Counted from the stretch's first letter, positions 1-9,759 are shown. The stretch is DNA of 64,000 bases from an uncultured delta proteobacterium (GCA_963828255.1 CAWHDZ010000040.1:32001-96000), one strand, 5' to 3'. Program-made: numbers and translations. Notes: generated from the letters alone by a model not told the origin.

Positions 1-145
1 GCCGCGCGGCCAGATCCTCGTCGTCGGAGCGCCCGGCCAGCCGGGATCCCTCGATGGCGAGGTCGAGCGCGCGCTCCGCGTCCCCCTCGTCGAGGGCGTC
101 GTGCGCCTCCTCGAGCAGGGTCTCGGCGGTGACGTTGCCGGGCAA
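1..145 (-). CDS. 5' part of a helical/TPR-like protein, running off the window edge
   Basis: TTG at 145-143 preceded by GGAG just after the GGDEF stop; reads LPGNVTAETLLEEAHDALDEGDAERALDLAIEG... Confidence 0.5.
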   Translation of the reverse strand, partial: MPGNVTAETLLEEAHDALDEGDAERALDLAIEGSRLAGRSDDEDLAAR

Positions 146-154
146 GAGGACTCC

Positions 155-1504
155 CTAGCCCGCGACCGGCTTCTCGGCCGAGGCGATGTAGACCACGTTG
201 CGGGTGCTCTCCTTGCCCCGGTACATGGCCCGATCGGCCAGGTCGAGGAGCAGCGCCTTCGTGGGGGCGTGCTCGGGGTGGCTGGCCAGGCCGATGGAGA
301 CGGTGAGGCGCACCGAGAGCCCCTCGCGCGAGAGGAACCGCCTGTCCTCGACGGCGCGGCGGATGCGCTCGGCCACCTTGAGCCCGCCTCCCGAGTCCAC
401 GCCGGTGAGGAGCGCCACGAACTCGTCCCCTCCGTACCGGACCAGGATGTCGTCGTCGCGCACGCAGGAGCGGAGCACTTTCCCGAACTCGCCGAGCAGC
501 GCCGACCCCATCAGGTGGCCGTGCCGATCGTTCACGGCCTTGAACCGGTCGAGGTCCATGAAGAGCAGCGTGAAGGGCCTGCCGCCCGAGAGCTCCCGGT
601 CGAGGGCCACGTCGAGGAAGCGGTTGTTGTAGAGCAGGGTCACGTCGTCCACGTAGGCCAGCTGCTCGACGTGCGAGAGCCTGCCGAGCGCGCGAAGGGC
701 GGAGCCCAGGTGGTGGCAGATGAAGGCGGCCCGGCCGGCGCGCTCGGCGTCGAAGGGATCGGAGAGGAGCAGGCAGACCGCGCCCAGGATCTCGGGGCCG
801 TCGGAGACCGGGAGGAAGAGGCAGCGGGACGGAGGGCGGTCGCCCGTCTCGGGGAGGTCGAGGAGGATCGTGGCGTCGAGGGCCAGCTCTCCCAGCCGGG
901 GGAGGGCTGGCGCGAGGATCTCTCCCGCCTCCTCGGCGGTGATGCCGTGGACCCCGGAGAGGCGCCAGCCCTCCGCGCCCTCCCGCTCGAGGAGCACCGC
1001 GCCGCGGGCGCCGCACTCGGTGGCGAGCGCCGGCAGCGCCAGCGGGATCACCTTGTCCCGCTCCAGCGTCCCGGTGATGCGCTGGCAGGTCTCGAAGAGG
1101 TTGACGTGCCCCCGGAGCGCCGAGTTCTCGGCCAGCAGCGCACGGGTGGAGAGGGAGCGCTGCACCGAGAGCTGCAGGGCCTCCGGCGTGACCGGCTTCA
1201 CCAGGTAGTCGGAGGCGCCGGCGCGCATGGCCCGGACGGCCGGGTCGACCCGGTCGAGGGCCGTGATGACGACCACCTGGACGTCGGGGTCGAGCCGCTT
1301 GGCGTCGGCCAGCAACTGGAGGCCGTCGCCGCCGGGCATGACGATGTCGGTGAGGAGGACGTCGAAGCGCCGGCCCTCGAGGAGCCGGATCGCGGCCGGG
1401 GCGTTCTCCGCGACCTCGACCGCGTAGCCGGCAGCCCGGAGGTAGTCGGCGTAGAGGGTGCGGGCGAAGCGCTCGTCGTCCACGAGGAGGACCGAGGCCT
1501 GCAT
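155..1504 (-). CDS. Response regulator diguanylate cyclase (REC-GAF-GGDEF)
   Basis: N-terminal LLVDD...LTDIVMP...YLVKP receiver; C-terminal RDDD-ILVRY-GGDEF (RxxD I-site and A-site intact); start MQASVLL at 1504. Confidence 0.92.
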   Translation of the reverse strand: MQASVLLVDDERFARTLYADYLRAAGYAVEVAENAPAAIRLLEGRRFDVLLTDIVMPGGDGLQLLADAKRLDPDVQVVVITALDRVDPAVRAMRAGASDYLVKPVTPEALQLSVQRSLSTRALLAENSALRGHVNLFETCQRITGTLERDKVIPLALPALATECGARGAVLLEREGAEGWRLSGVHGITAEEAGEILAPALPRLGELALDATILLDLPETGDRPPSRCLFLPVSDGPEILGAVCLLLSDPFDAERAGRAAFICHHLGSALRALGRLSHVEQLAYVDDVTLLYNNRFLDVALDRELSGGRPFTLLFMDLDRFKAVNDRHGHLMGSALLGEFGKVLRSCVRDDDILVRYGGDEFVALLTGVDSGGGLKVAERIRRAVEDRRFLSREGLSVRLTVSIGLASHPEHAPTKALLLDLADRAMYRGKESTRNVVYIASAEKPVAG

Positions 1505-1519
1505 GCAGGCTGGTATACC

Positions 1520-2296
1520 ATGACCCCAATGCCCATCCCTCCCGGCCGCCAGGTCCTCCGGTTCCAGGCGGGAGGCGTCCCGTTGGCCCTTCCCCTCCTG
1601 GCGGTCCGCGAGATCGTGCCGGTCGGCGCGGGCTCCGTCCGCGGGGTCCCGGAGGGGGCGCTGCCGCTGGCGGAGCGGCTGGGGCTCAGGGGCGATCCCC
1701 GCTTCGCGCTCCTCCTCGAGGGGGCAGGGCTGCCGACCCTTCTCGTGGACCGCATGGACGGGGTGGGGGACATGGCAGGCGCGGAGGCCTTCCTCCTCCC
1801 GGAGCGGGCCGTCGCCGCCGATCCCTCTCCCTTCGCGTCGGTGCTCTGCTTCGGTGGCGCGCTCCTCCTGGAACTGGCGCCCGCGGCGCTGTACGGCATG
1901 CGCGCCAAGGCGCCGCGCCCCTTTCCCCTCTCCGGAGACCTTCCCCCCTCCGACCGGGAACTGCTGGCCGAGCGCGCGGGGCGCGTGCTGGCGGTGCCCC
2001 TGCAGCTCGTGGTCCAGGTCGTGGCTCCGGTCCAGCTGTTCCGGGTTCCCCTGGCGCCGGAGGGGCACCGCGGCCTGCTCCACCTCGGGCGGGCCATCCA
2101 CCCCGCCTGGGACGCCGCCGCCATCCTCGGAGAGCCGGCCTCGGGCGATCCCCACGTCCTTCTCCTGCTCGACGCCGGAGGAACGACGGCGGGCGTGCTC
2201 GTGGACCGGGTCCTCGGGCTCTCGGAAGGGGAGGGAAGCAGCCACGTCCGGAGGCCGCCGTGGGACGTGCTGCTCGCCCCGGGGAATGAAGGATAA
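1520..2296 (+). CDS. Tandem CheW-like domain protein (start 1520 or 1529)
   Basis: Two degenerate CheW repeats: LALPLLAVREIV...LLVDRMDG and LAVPLQLVVQVV...VPLAP...GLLHLGR...GVLVDRVLG. Confidence 0.7.
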   Translation: MTPMPIPPGRQVLRFQAGGVPLALPLLAVREIVPVGAGSVRGVPEGALPLAERLGLRGDPRFALLLEGAGLPTLLVDRMDGVGDMAGAEAFLLPERAVAADPSPFASVLCFGGALLLELAPAALYGMRAKAPRPFPLSGDLPPSDRELLAERAGRVLAVPLQLVVQVVAPVQLFRVPLAPEGHRGLLHLGRAIHPAWDAAAILGEPASGDPHVLLLLDAGGTTAGVLVDRVLGLSEGEGSSHVRRPPWDVLLAPGNEG

Positions 2297-2309
2297 GGTG
2301 CGAGGAAGA

Positions 2310-2339
2310 TTGACACTCGCGCGAGCGGCGCGTTAGCTC
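2310..2339 (+). promoter_or_regulatory. Putative sigma70-type promoter of romR
   Basis: TTGACA (2310-2315), 17 nt spacer, TTAGCT. Confidence 0.45.
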
Positions 2340-2365
2340 TCCGGCAGCACCCGTCCGAGAAAACA

Positions 2366-3433
2366 ATGCCCAAGAACCTGCTGCTCGCCGACGACTCGGT
2401 CACCATCCAGAAGGTCGTGGGCATCGTCTTCGCCGGGGAGGACTACCGGATCACCGCCGTGGACAACGGCGAGGACGCGCTCGCCCGGGCGCGGGAGACC
2501 CGGCCCGACATCGTGCTCGCCGACGCCGTCATGCCCCGCATGAACGGCTACGAGCTCTGCCAGGCGCTGAAGGCCGACCCGCAGCTCGGCGAGGTGCCGG
2601 TGCTCCTGCTCACCGGAACCTTCGAGCCGTTCGACGAGGCCCGGGCCCGTGCCGCGCGCGCCGATGGCCACGTGGTGAAGCCCTTCGACAGCCAGGCCCT
2701 GCTCACACGCGTGCGCGAACTCGTCGAGGGGGTGACGGCCGAGCCGCTGCCGCTCCCGTACCCGCGCATGACCCCGTCTCACGCGCAGGCCCCGGCGCAC
2801 ACCCCCTCCCGGCCGCACCTGGCGCCTCCCGCGCACACGCCGGCCCCCTCGCACGCGCCCACCCCGGTGGCCCGCCTGCAGCCTGCCGGCCCCCCGCGCC
2901 GGACGGTTCCGCCTCCGCTGCCGCCTCCCGGGCACCCGCTGCGCGCCGGCGCCGTGCGTCCCGGAACGCTCCCGCCCACCAGCGTGAAGGGCGCGGGGAT
3001 CCGGCCGCCACCTCCGCCCCCCGCCGCGCGAGGCGCGACGGCGCCGCCCCGGCCCTTCGCTCCGGCTCCGGCCCGGGCCCCGGCTCGCCCGCCGCCCCCG
3101 GAGCCGTTCGGGATGGCCGGCCCGGCCACCGCCGACGACGACTGGAGCGATGTCTCGACCGGCGCCGCCGTGGTCCCGCCGCCGCCGACGACGACGGCGC
3201 CGCGGCGCGAGCCCACCGCGCAGCCGTCCGCCGCCGCCGCGCCGGCCGCCCCTCCGGCCACTCCTCCGGCCACGGCGCAGGCCGACGGGGGCGAGGCCGC
3301 GCTGCGGCTGGCCATCTCGCAGGCGTCGCGCGAGGTGGTGGAGAAGATCGCATGGGAGGTGGTCCCGCAGCTCGCCGAGGTGATCATCCGCGAGCACGTG
3401 GAACGCCTGGTGAACGAGCGCCAGAAGCACTGA
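2366..3433 (+). CDS. romR: RomR polarity response regulator
   Basis: Receiver domain, long Pro-rich linker and C-terminal ADGGEAALR...SREVVEKIAWEVVPQLAE..IREH domain characteristic of RomR; upstream of valS as in Myxococcus. Confidence 0.88.
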   Translation: MPKNLLLADDSVTIQKVVGIVFAGEDYRITAVDNGEDALARARETRPDIVLADAVMPRMNGYELCQALKADPQLGEVPVLLLTGTFEPFDEARARAARADGHVVKPFDSQALLTRVRELVEGVTAEPLPLPYPRMTPSHAQAPAHTPSRPHLAPPAHTPAPSHAPTPVARLQPAGPPRRTVPPPLPPPGHPLRAGAVRPGTLPPTSVKGAGIRPPPPPPAARGATAPPRPFAPAPARAPARPPPPEPFGMAGPATADDDWSDVSTGAAVVPPPPTTTAPRREPTAQPSAAAAPAAPPATPPATAQADGGEAALRLAISQASREVVEKIAWEVVPQLAEVIIREHVERLVNERQKH

Positions 3434-3460
3434 ACGAGGCCGCGCCCGTCGGAGAACCAA

Positions 3461-6400
3461 GTGTCCGAAGAACGACAGACCCCGCCCTCGACCGAGCTGT
3501 CGAAGGCCTACGACCACACCGACGTCGAGCCCCGCTGGTACCGCACCTGGCTCGAGCGCGGGTACTTCCACGCCGACGAGAACGACCGGTCCCGGCCGGC
3601 CTTCTCCATCGTCCTTCCGCCGCCCAACGTCACCGGTTCCCTGCACCTCGGCCACGCGCTCACCGCCACCATCCAGGACATCCTCATCCGCTGGAAGCGC
3701 ATGAGCGGGTTCAACGTGCTCTGGCTCCCCGGCACCGACCACGCGGGCATTGCCACCCAGATGGTCGTGGAGAAGGAACTGCAGCGGACCGAGAAGAAGA
3801 GCCGGCACGACCTGGGGCGCGAGGAGTTCCTGCGCCGGGTCTGGGCATGGAAGGAGCAGTACGGCTCCCGCATCGGGGTGCAGCACCAGGCGCTGGGCGC
3901 CTCCCTCGACTGGCAGCGCGAGCGCTTCACCATGGACGAGGGGCTCTCCCGCGCGGTCCGCGAGGTCTTCGTGCGGCTGTGGGAGGAGGGGCTCGTCTAC
4001 CGGGCCAAGAAGCTCATCAACTGGTGCCCGCGCTGCCACACCGCGCTCTCCGACCTCGAGGTGAACCACGAGGAGAACCACCCCGGGGAGCTGTGGAGCT
4101 TCGCCTACCCGCTGGCCGACGGAACCGGCGAGATCGTGGTGGCCACCACCCGCCCGGAGACCATGCTGGGCGACACCGCCATCGCCGTGCACCCCGACGA
4201 CGATCGCTGGCGCGCCGTGGTGGGGAAGAACGTGCGCCACCCCGTGACCGGCCGGGAGTTCCCGGTGGTCGCCGACGCCGTGCTCGTGGACCCGAAGTTC
4301 GGGACCGGCGCGGTGAAGGTCACGCCGGCCCACGACTTCAACGACTTCGCGGTTGCGGAGCGGCACGGGCTGCCGCTCCTGTCGGTCATCGGCCCGGACG
4401 GGCGCATGACCGCCGAGGCCGGCCCGTTCCAGGGAATGGATCGCTTCGAGGCCCGCAAGGCGGTCAAGGCCGCGCTGGCCGAGAAGGGGCTCGACCGCGG
4501 GGCGAAGCCGCATCTCCTGCCGCTCGGCCGCTGCCAGCGCTGCGAGACGGTGCTCGAGCCGCTCCTCTCCGACCAGTGGTACGTGAAGATCGAGCCGCTG
4601 GCCCGCCCGGCCATCGCCGCCGTGGAGGAGGGGCGGACCCGCTTCATCCCCGAAGGGTGGACCAACACCTACATGGCGTGGATGCGCAACATCCACGACT
4701 GGTGCATCTCGCGCCAGCTCTGGTGGGGCCACCAAATCCCGGCCTGGTACTGCGAGAGCGGGCACCCCACCGTGGCCCGCACCACGCCGGAGTCCTGCGC
4801 CACCTGTGGCAGCCGGACGCTCCGGCAGGACGAGGACGTGCTCGACACGTGGTTCTCCTCGGCCCTCTGGCCCTTCTCCACGCTGGGCTGGCCCGACCGG
4901 ACCAAGGATCTCGAGACCTTCTACCCGACCTCGGTCATGGAGACCGGGCACGACATCATCTTCTTCTGGGTGGCCCGGATGATGATGATGGGCATCCACT
5001 TCATGGGCGACGTCCCCTTCCGCACCGTCTTCCTGCACCCCATGGTGCGCGACGAGAAGGGGCAGAAGATGTCGAAGACGAAGGGGAACGTCATCGACCC
5101 CCTCGCCATCACCGAGAAGCAGGGCGCCGACGCGCTGCGCTTCACGCTGGCGGCGTTGACCAGCGCCCAGGGGCGCGACATCAAGCTCGCCAAGGACCGC
5201 ATCGAGGGGTACCGGGCCTTCGCCAACAAGCTCTGGAACGCCACCCGGTTCGCGCTCATGAACCTGGATGGTGCGCCCGACCTCTCCCGCGCCCCCGAGC
5301 TGGCCCGCACCCCGGCCGACCGCTGGCTGATGGCCCGACTCGCACGTGCGGTGAATGGCACGGTGGACGCGCTGGAGTCCTACCGCTTCGACGAGGCGGC
5401 CAGCACGGTCTACCGGTTCTGCTGGAACGACCTCTGCGACTGGTACATCGAGCTGTCCAAGGAGGCGCTCTACGGCGACGACGCCGGGAAGAAGGCCGCC
5501 GCACAGGCGGTGCTGGCCCACGCCCTCGACACGGCGCTCCGGCTGCTCCACCCCCTGATGCCCTTCGTCACCGAGGAACTCTGGCAGATGCTCGGCCAGC
5601 GTCTCGGCGTCGCCGGTTGGGCCCCCTCGCTCCTCGAGGCCCGGTACCCGGAGCGCCGGCCGGTGGACGAGGCCGCGGAGCGCAGCTTCGGCCCGGTGCT
5701 GGGCGTCATCGAGGCCATCCGCAACGTCCGCGGCGAGATGAGCGTGCCCTGGAAGACGGTCTTCCATGGCGTCGAGGTGGGCGGGCTCTCCGCCGAGGCC
5801 CTGGCCACCCTCCGCTCCGAGCAGGGGCGGGTGGAGCGGCTCGGGAACGTGCAGGGGCTCGTGCTCCACGAGGCCGGGCGACCGGCCGGCCGCCGCCCGC
5901 AGTGCGCGGTCGCCGTCGGCGACGGGTTCGAGGTGCTCATCCCGCTGGCCGGGGCGGTGGACATGGCTGCCGAGACCGCCCGGGTGGACAAGGAGATCGC
6001 CCGGCTGGAGGCCGAGGTGGACGGGGTGGCCAGGAGGCTTTCGAACCCGAGCTTCGTCGAGCGCGCGCCGAAGGAGGTCGTCGAGGAGTCGCGGGCGCGT
6101 GTCGAGGAACTCGGGGAGAAGCGGAGGAATCTGGAGGCGCACCGGGCGCTCCTGACCGGGGAGGCGGAGAAGGCGCCCGCAGCCGAGGTGGCCCGGGTGA
6201 CGGAAGCGGTGGCGATCGCCTTGCCGGAGCCGTTGGCTGCCCCGTCGCCGGCGCCGCTGGTGCGGCGGGAGCCACAACAACTGGTGGTGAAGCAGCGGGC
6301 GAACCTGATCCGCAAGCCCTCCGGGAAGATGGTCAAGCGGGCCAGCGGGGGGATGGTGCGCCGCGTGCCCGCGCCGCTGGCGCTGCCGGGGAAGAAGGGG

Positions 6401-6550
6401 AAGAAGGCGGTCGTGAAGGCGAAGAAGGTCGTGAAGAAGAAGAAGGTCGTGAAGAAGAAGAAGGTCGTGAAGAAGAAGGGCGTGTCCGAGAAGAAGCTGG
6501 TCGCCGCGAAGCGGCGACCTGTGGGGCGGCGACCTGTGAGGAACCGCTAG
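3461..6550 (+). CDS. valS: Valine--tRNA ligase with a long basic C-terminal extension
   Basis: PPPNVTGSLHLGH, GTDHAGIATQ, DWCISRQLWWGH, KMSKT motifs; coiled-coil arm followed by a Lys-rich tail. Confidence 0.98.
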   Translation: MSEERQTPPSTELSKAYDHTDVEPRWYRTWLERGYFHADENDRSRPAFSIVLPPPNVTGSLHLGHALTATIQDILIRWKRMSGFNVLWLPGTDHAGIATQMVVEKELQRTEKKSRHDLGREEFLRRVWAWKEQYGSRIGVQHQALGASLDWQRERFTMDEGLSRAVREVFVRLWEEGLVYRAKKLINWCPRCHTALSDLEVNHEENHPGELWSFAYPLADGTGEIVVATTRPETMLGDTAIAVHPDDDRWRAVVGKNVRHPVTGREFPVVADAVLVDPKFGTGAVKVTPAHDFNDFAVAERHGLPLLSVIGPDGRMTAEAGPFQGMDRFEARKAVKAALAEKGLDRGAKPHLLPLGRCQRCETVLEPLLSDQWYVKIEPLARPAIAAVEEGRTRFIPEGWTNTYMAWMRNIHDWCISRQLWWGHQIPAWYCESGHPTVARTTPESCATCGSRTLRQDEDVLDTWFSSALWPFSTLGWPDRTKDLETFYPTSVMETGHDIIFFWVARMMMMGIHFMGDVPFRTVFLHPMVRDEKGQKMSKTKGNVIDPLAITEKQGADALRFTLAALTSAQGRDIKLAKDRIEGYRAFANKLWNATRFALMNLDGAPDLSRAPELARTPADRWLMARLARAVNGTVDALESYRFDEAASTVYRFCWNDLCDWYIELSKEALYGDDAGKKAAAQAVLAHALDTALRLLHPLMPFVTEELWQMLGQRLGVAGWAPSLLEARYPERRPVDEAAERSFGPVLGVIEAIRNVRGEMSVPWKTVFHGVEVGGLSAEALATLRSEQGRVERLGNVQGLVLHEAGRPAGRRPQCAVAVGDGFEVLIPLAGAVDMAAETARVDKEIARLEAEVDGVARRLSNPSFVERAPKEVVEESRARVEELGEKRRNLEAHRALLTGEAEKAPAAEVARVTEAVAIALPEPLAAPSPAPLVRREPQQLVVKQRANLIRKPSGKMVKRASGGMVRRVPAPLALPGKKGKKAVVKAKKVVKKKKVVKKKKVVKKKGVSEKKLVAAKRRPVGRRPVRNR
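6404..6478 (+). repeat. 18-bp tandem repeat encoding (KKVVKK)n in the valS tail
   Basis: AAGAAGGTCGTGAAGAAG x3 at 6422-6475 plus a degenerate upstream copy. Confidence 0.9.
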
Positions 6551-6551
6551 C

Positions 6552-7415
6552 GTGCCCGCCCTCTCCCCCGCCGTCGAACGCCTCCTCGACCTGGCCATCG
6601 AGGAGGACCTCTCCCTCGGCGATGCCACCAGCGAGGCCACCATCCCCGCGACCGACACCGGCCGCGGCACCTTCCTCGCCAAGGAGGACCTGGTCCTGGC
6701 CGGCACGGCCGTCGCGGTCCGCGTGTTCGAGCGGATGGGAGCCGCCTGCCGCTTCGACCGGACCGACGGGGCCCGCGTCGCCAGGGGCGAGATCTTCGGT
6801 GACGCGACCGGAGCCATGCGCGCGCTGCTCGCGGCCGAGAGGACCGCGCTCAACTTCCTGCAGCGCCTCTCCGGGGTCGCCACCGGCACCCGCCGCGCCG
6901 TGGACGCGCTCGCGGCCTCCGGCGGACGGACGCGACTGCTCGACACCCGCAAGACCACGCCGGGGTGGAGGCGGCTCGAGAAGGAGGCAGTCCGCGCCGG
7001 TGGCGGGGTGAACCACCGCTTCTCGCTGGGCGACGGCATCCTGGTGAAGGACAACCACGTGGCGGCCTGCGGGGGAGTGGGGGAGGCCGTCCGGCGCGCA
7101 CGCGCACGGGGCAACGCCATGCTGCGGGTCGAGGTGGAGGTCGTGGACCTGCCCGGCCTCGACGAGGCCATCTCCGCCGGGGCCGACATCGTGCTCCTCG
7201 ACAACATGACCGACGAGGCCATGGCCGAGGCCGTCCGGCGCGCCGCCGGGCGGGTCCTCCTCGAGGCCAGCGGGAACATGTCCCTCGAGAGGCTGCCCCG
7301 CGTCGCGGCGACCGGGGTGGACTTCGTCTCGATGGGCGCCCTCACCCACAGCGCGCGCGCCGCCGACATCTCCTTCGAGGTCGAGCCGGCCCGGACGACC
7401 CTCCCGGCGGTTTGA
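6552..7415 (+). CDS. nadC: Nicotinate-nucleotide pyrophosphorylase (carboxylating)
   Basis: ERTALNFLQRLSGVAT, DTRKTTPG, HRFSL, KDNH, EVEV, LLDN, EASG motifs. Confidence 0.96.
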   Translation: MPALSPAVERLLDLAIEEDLSLGDATSEATIPATDTGRGTFLAKEDLVLAGTAVAVRVFERMGAACRFDRTDGARVARGEIFGDATGAMRALLAAERTALNFLQRLSGVATGTRRAVDALAASGGRTRLLDTRKTTPGWRRLEKEAVRAGGGVNHRFSLGDGILVKDNHVAACGGVGEAVRRARARGNAMLRVEVEVVDLPGLDEAISAGADIVLLDNMTDEAMAEAVRRAAGRVLLEASGNMSLERLPRVAATGVDFVSMGALTHSARAADISFEVEPARTTLPAV

Positions 7416-7441
7416 CAGCCCGGGGCGGCGACCCCGACAAT
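7412..7441 (+). promoter_or_regulatory. Putative promoter for a leaderless birA transcript
   Basis: TTGACA-18 nt-GACAAT, 6 nt before the ATG at 7448; no SD. Confidence 0.5.
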
Positions 7442-7447
7442 CCGCCC

Positions 7448-8455
7448 ATGGCCGAGGTCGTACCGGGGAGCGAGGAGCTGGTCCTCGCGTTCCTCGCCGA
7501 GGCGGCGGACGACTTCGTCTCCGGCGAGGCCATCAGCGGCAAGCTCGGGCTCTCCCGGGCGGCGGTCTGGAAGCACGTCAACGCGCTCCGGGGACAGGGC
7601 TACCGGATCGAGGCCCTCCCGGCCCGCGGCTACCGCCTGGTGGCCATCCCCGACCGGCTGGGCGCGCTGGAGATCGGGCCGCTCCTCAACACCCACGACC
7701 TGGGGCAGGTTCTCCACTGCTCCGCCGAGATCCCCTCCACGAACGACCGGGCCCGCGAGCTGGCCGACGCCGGCGCGGCCCACGGCGAGGTGGTGGTCAC
7801 CGAGTGCCAGACGGCTGGCCGCGGCCGCCGCGGCCGTTCCTGGGCGTCGCCGGCCGGTCAGAACCTCTACCTCTCGGTCATCCTGCGCCCGTCGCTCCCG
7901 CCGCAGCGCGCCCCCGAGCTGACCCTGGTGGCCTCGGTGGCGGCCTGCGAGGCCTGCAGGAAGGCCGGCGTCGAGGCCGGCATCAAGTGGCCGAACGACG
8001 TCCTCGTCGCGGGGCGGAAGGTTTCCGGGATCCTCACCGAGCTGTCGGCCGAGCCCGACATGGTCCACTGGGTCGTCCTGGGCATCGGGGTGAACCTCAA
8101 CTCCGGATCCGGGGACTTCCCGGCCGACCTCCGCGGCGTGGCGACCAGCCTCTCCATCGAGCGGGGCCAGCCAGTGCCCCGGGCGCTCTTCGCGGCGGCG
8201 CTCCTCGCCGAGCTCGAGCAGTGGCTCGACCTCCACGCCGACCAGGGGTTCGAGCCGATCCGGGCCGCCTGGCGGGAGCAATCCGTCACCCTGGGGCGGG
8301 AAGTCCGCGCCGACGGGGAGGCCGGGGAGATCACCGGCGTCGCCGAGGACATCGACGAGACCGGTGCGCTCCTGGTCCGGGCCCGCGGTGGACTGATGCG
8401 CGTCGTGGCCGGCGACGTCCGGCTCGTCGCTCGCGTTGACCCAGAAGGGGCGTGA
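7448..8455 (+). CDS. birA: Bifunctional biotin--protein ligase / repressor
   Basis: N-terminal wHTH (SGEAISGKLGLSRAAVWKH), STND, QTAGRGRRGRSW, KWPND motifs. Confidence 0.95.
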   Translation: MAEVVPGSEELVLAFLAEAADDFVSGEAISGKLGLSRAAVWKHVNALRGQGYRIEALPARGYRLVAIPDRLGALEIGPLLNTHDLGQVLHCSAEIPSTNDRARELADAGAAHGEVVVTECQTAGRGRRGRSWASPAGQNLYLSVILRPSLPPQRAPELTLVASVAACEACRKAGVEAGIKWPNDVLVAGRKVSGILTELSAEPDMVHWVVLGIGVNLNSGSGDFPADLRGVATSLSIERGQPVPRALFAAALLAELEQWLDLHADQGFEPIRAAWREQSVTLGREVRADGEAGEITGVAEDIDETGALLVRARGGLMRVVAGDVRLVARVDPEGA

Positions 8456-8464
8456 GGCTACCCT
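8436..8464 (+). promoter_or_regulatory. Putative promoter for a leaderless coaX transcript
   Basis: TTGACC-17 nt-TACCCT, 6 nt before the GTG at 8471. Confidence 0.5.
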
Positions 8465-8470
8465 CCCGCC

Positions 8471-9235
8471 GTGCTTCTCGCCATCGACGTCGGCAACACC
8501 AACACGGTGCTCGGAGCCTTCGAGGCGTCGTCGCTCCGGCACCAGTGGCGCGTGGAAACTTCCCAGAGCCGCACCCACGACGAGTGGGGAATCCTGGTCC
8601 GGCAGCTTCACGCCTCGGTGGGGCTCGACCCGGCCCGGGTGCGGGCCATCGTGATCTCCAGCGTGGTGCCCCCGCTGGCCTTCGCCCTCGAGCAGATGTC
8701 GCAGCGCTACTTCGGCGTGAAGCCGCTCTTCGTCGGACCCGGAGTGAAGACGGGCCTCCCCATCCTCTACGACAACCCCCGCGAGGTCGGCGCCGACCGG
8801 GTGGTGAACGCGGTGGCCGCCTTCGCACGGTTCAAGCGCGGGCTCATCGTGGTGGACTTCGGCACCGCAACCACCTTCGACGCCGTCTCCCCCCGCGGCG
8901 AGTACCTGGGCGGCGCCATCGCTCCCGGCATCTCCATCTCGATGGAGGCCCTCTTCCGCAACGCCTCCAAGCTGCCCCGGGTGGAGTTCGCCCGGCCTCC
9001 CCACGTGGTGGGGAAGAACACCGTGGCCAGCATGCAGAGCGGGATCGTGTTCGGCTACGTGGGGCTCGTGGACGGGATCTGCGAGCGCATGCAGGCCGAG
9101 CTCGCCTTTCCAACGCTGGTCGTCGCCACCGGGGGGCTCGCCCCGCTGGTGGCCGGGCTGTCGAAGGCCATCGCCGAGGTGGACGAGCACCTCACCCTCG
9201 ACGGGCTCCGGATCATCCACGAGATGAACGGGTGA
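8471..9235 (+). CDS. coaX: Type III pantothenate kinase
   Basis: IDVGNTN, SSVVP, GADR, VDFGTATT, GGAIAPG motifs. Confidence 0.96.
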   Translation: MLLAIDVGNTNTVLGAFEASSLRHQWRVETSQSRTHDEWGILVRQLHASVGLDPARVRAIVISSVVPPLAFALEQMSQRYFGVKPLFVGPGVKTGLPILYDNPREVGADRVVNAVAAFARFKRGLIVVDFGTATTFDAVSPRGEYLGGAIAPGISISMEALFRNASKLPRVEFARPPHVVGKNTVASMQSGIVFGYVGLVDGICERMQAELAFPTLVVATGGLAPLVAGLSKAIAEVDEHLTLDGLRIIHEMNG

Positions 9236-9756
9236 GCGGGACTCCGGGACAGCCAGGAGAGCGCGCCCTGCCGGCCGAGGCGGCTGCCGCCCTGGAGCTG
9301 GGGCTGCGCCGGTTCCGGGGGGACGACCCTGAGGGCGCCCACGAGGCCTTCGCGCAGGCGTACCGCCGCGCCGCCTCCGACCCGCGCGTCCAGTCCTGGT
9401 ACGGGCTGACCCTCGTGCTGGTCGAGAAGAACTCCAACCTGGGCGTGGTCCTCGTGGACGGAGCGGTCCGCACCGGCCGGCCCGACCCCGAGCTCCTCAT
9501 CAACCAGTCCCGGGTGGCCATGGCGCTGGGGCAGCGGGTCCGGGCGGTGCGGGCGCTCGAGCGCGGGATGGCGCTGCACCCCGGGAACCCCGACCTCACC
9601 GCCGCCCGGCTCGCGCTGGGCACCCGGCAGAGGCCGGTGCTGTCCTTCCTGTCGCGGCGCAACTGGCTGAACCGCCTGCTGGGGCGCATCCACCACGGGT
9701 GGACGGCGCGCCGCTCGGCCTCCGGGAACGCTTCCCGGACGGACGGGGAGGGCTGA
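9232..9756 (+). CDS. TPR-like hypothetical protein
   Basis: GTGA overlap with the coaX stop; TPR-like helices; C-terminal RQRPVLSFLSRRNWLN. Confidence 0.65.
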   Translation: MSGTPGQPGERALPAEAAAALELGLRRFRGDDPEGAHEAFAQAYRRAASDPRVQSWYGLTLVLVEKNSNLGVVLVDGAVRTGRPDPELLINQSRVAMALGQRVRAVRALERGMALHPGNPDLTAARLALGTRQRPVLSFLSRRNWLNRLLGRIHHGWTARRSASGNASRTDGEG

Positions 9757-9759
9757 CCG

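Noticed and set aside
2750..3280. Pro/His-rich quasi-repeats (HTP/SHA) in romR
   Set aside because: A low-complexity Pro-rich linker is an established feature of RomR.
2333..9220. 2295-aa minus-strand ORF and many similar long antisense or alternative-frame ORFs (e.g. 9055-11721, 47118-49508, 30037-32427)
   Set aside because: Shadow ORFs opposite well-recognised genes; expected from stop-codon scarcity in very high-GC DNA; no recognisable domains.
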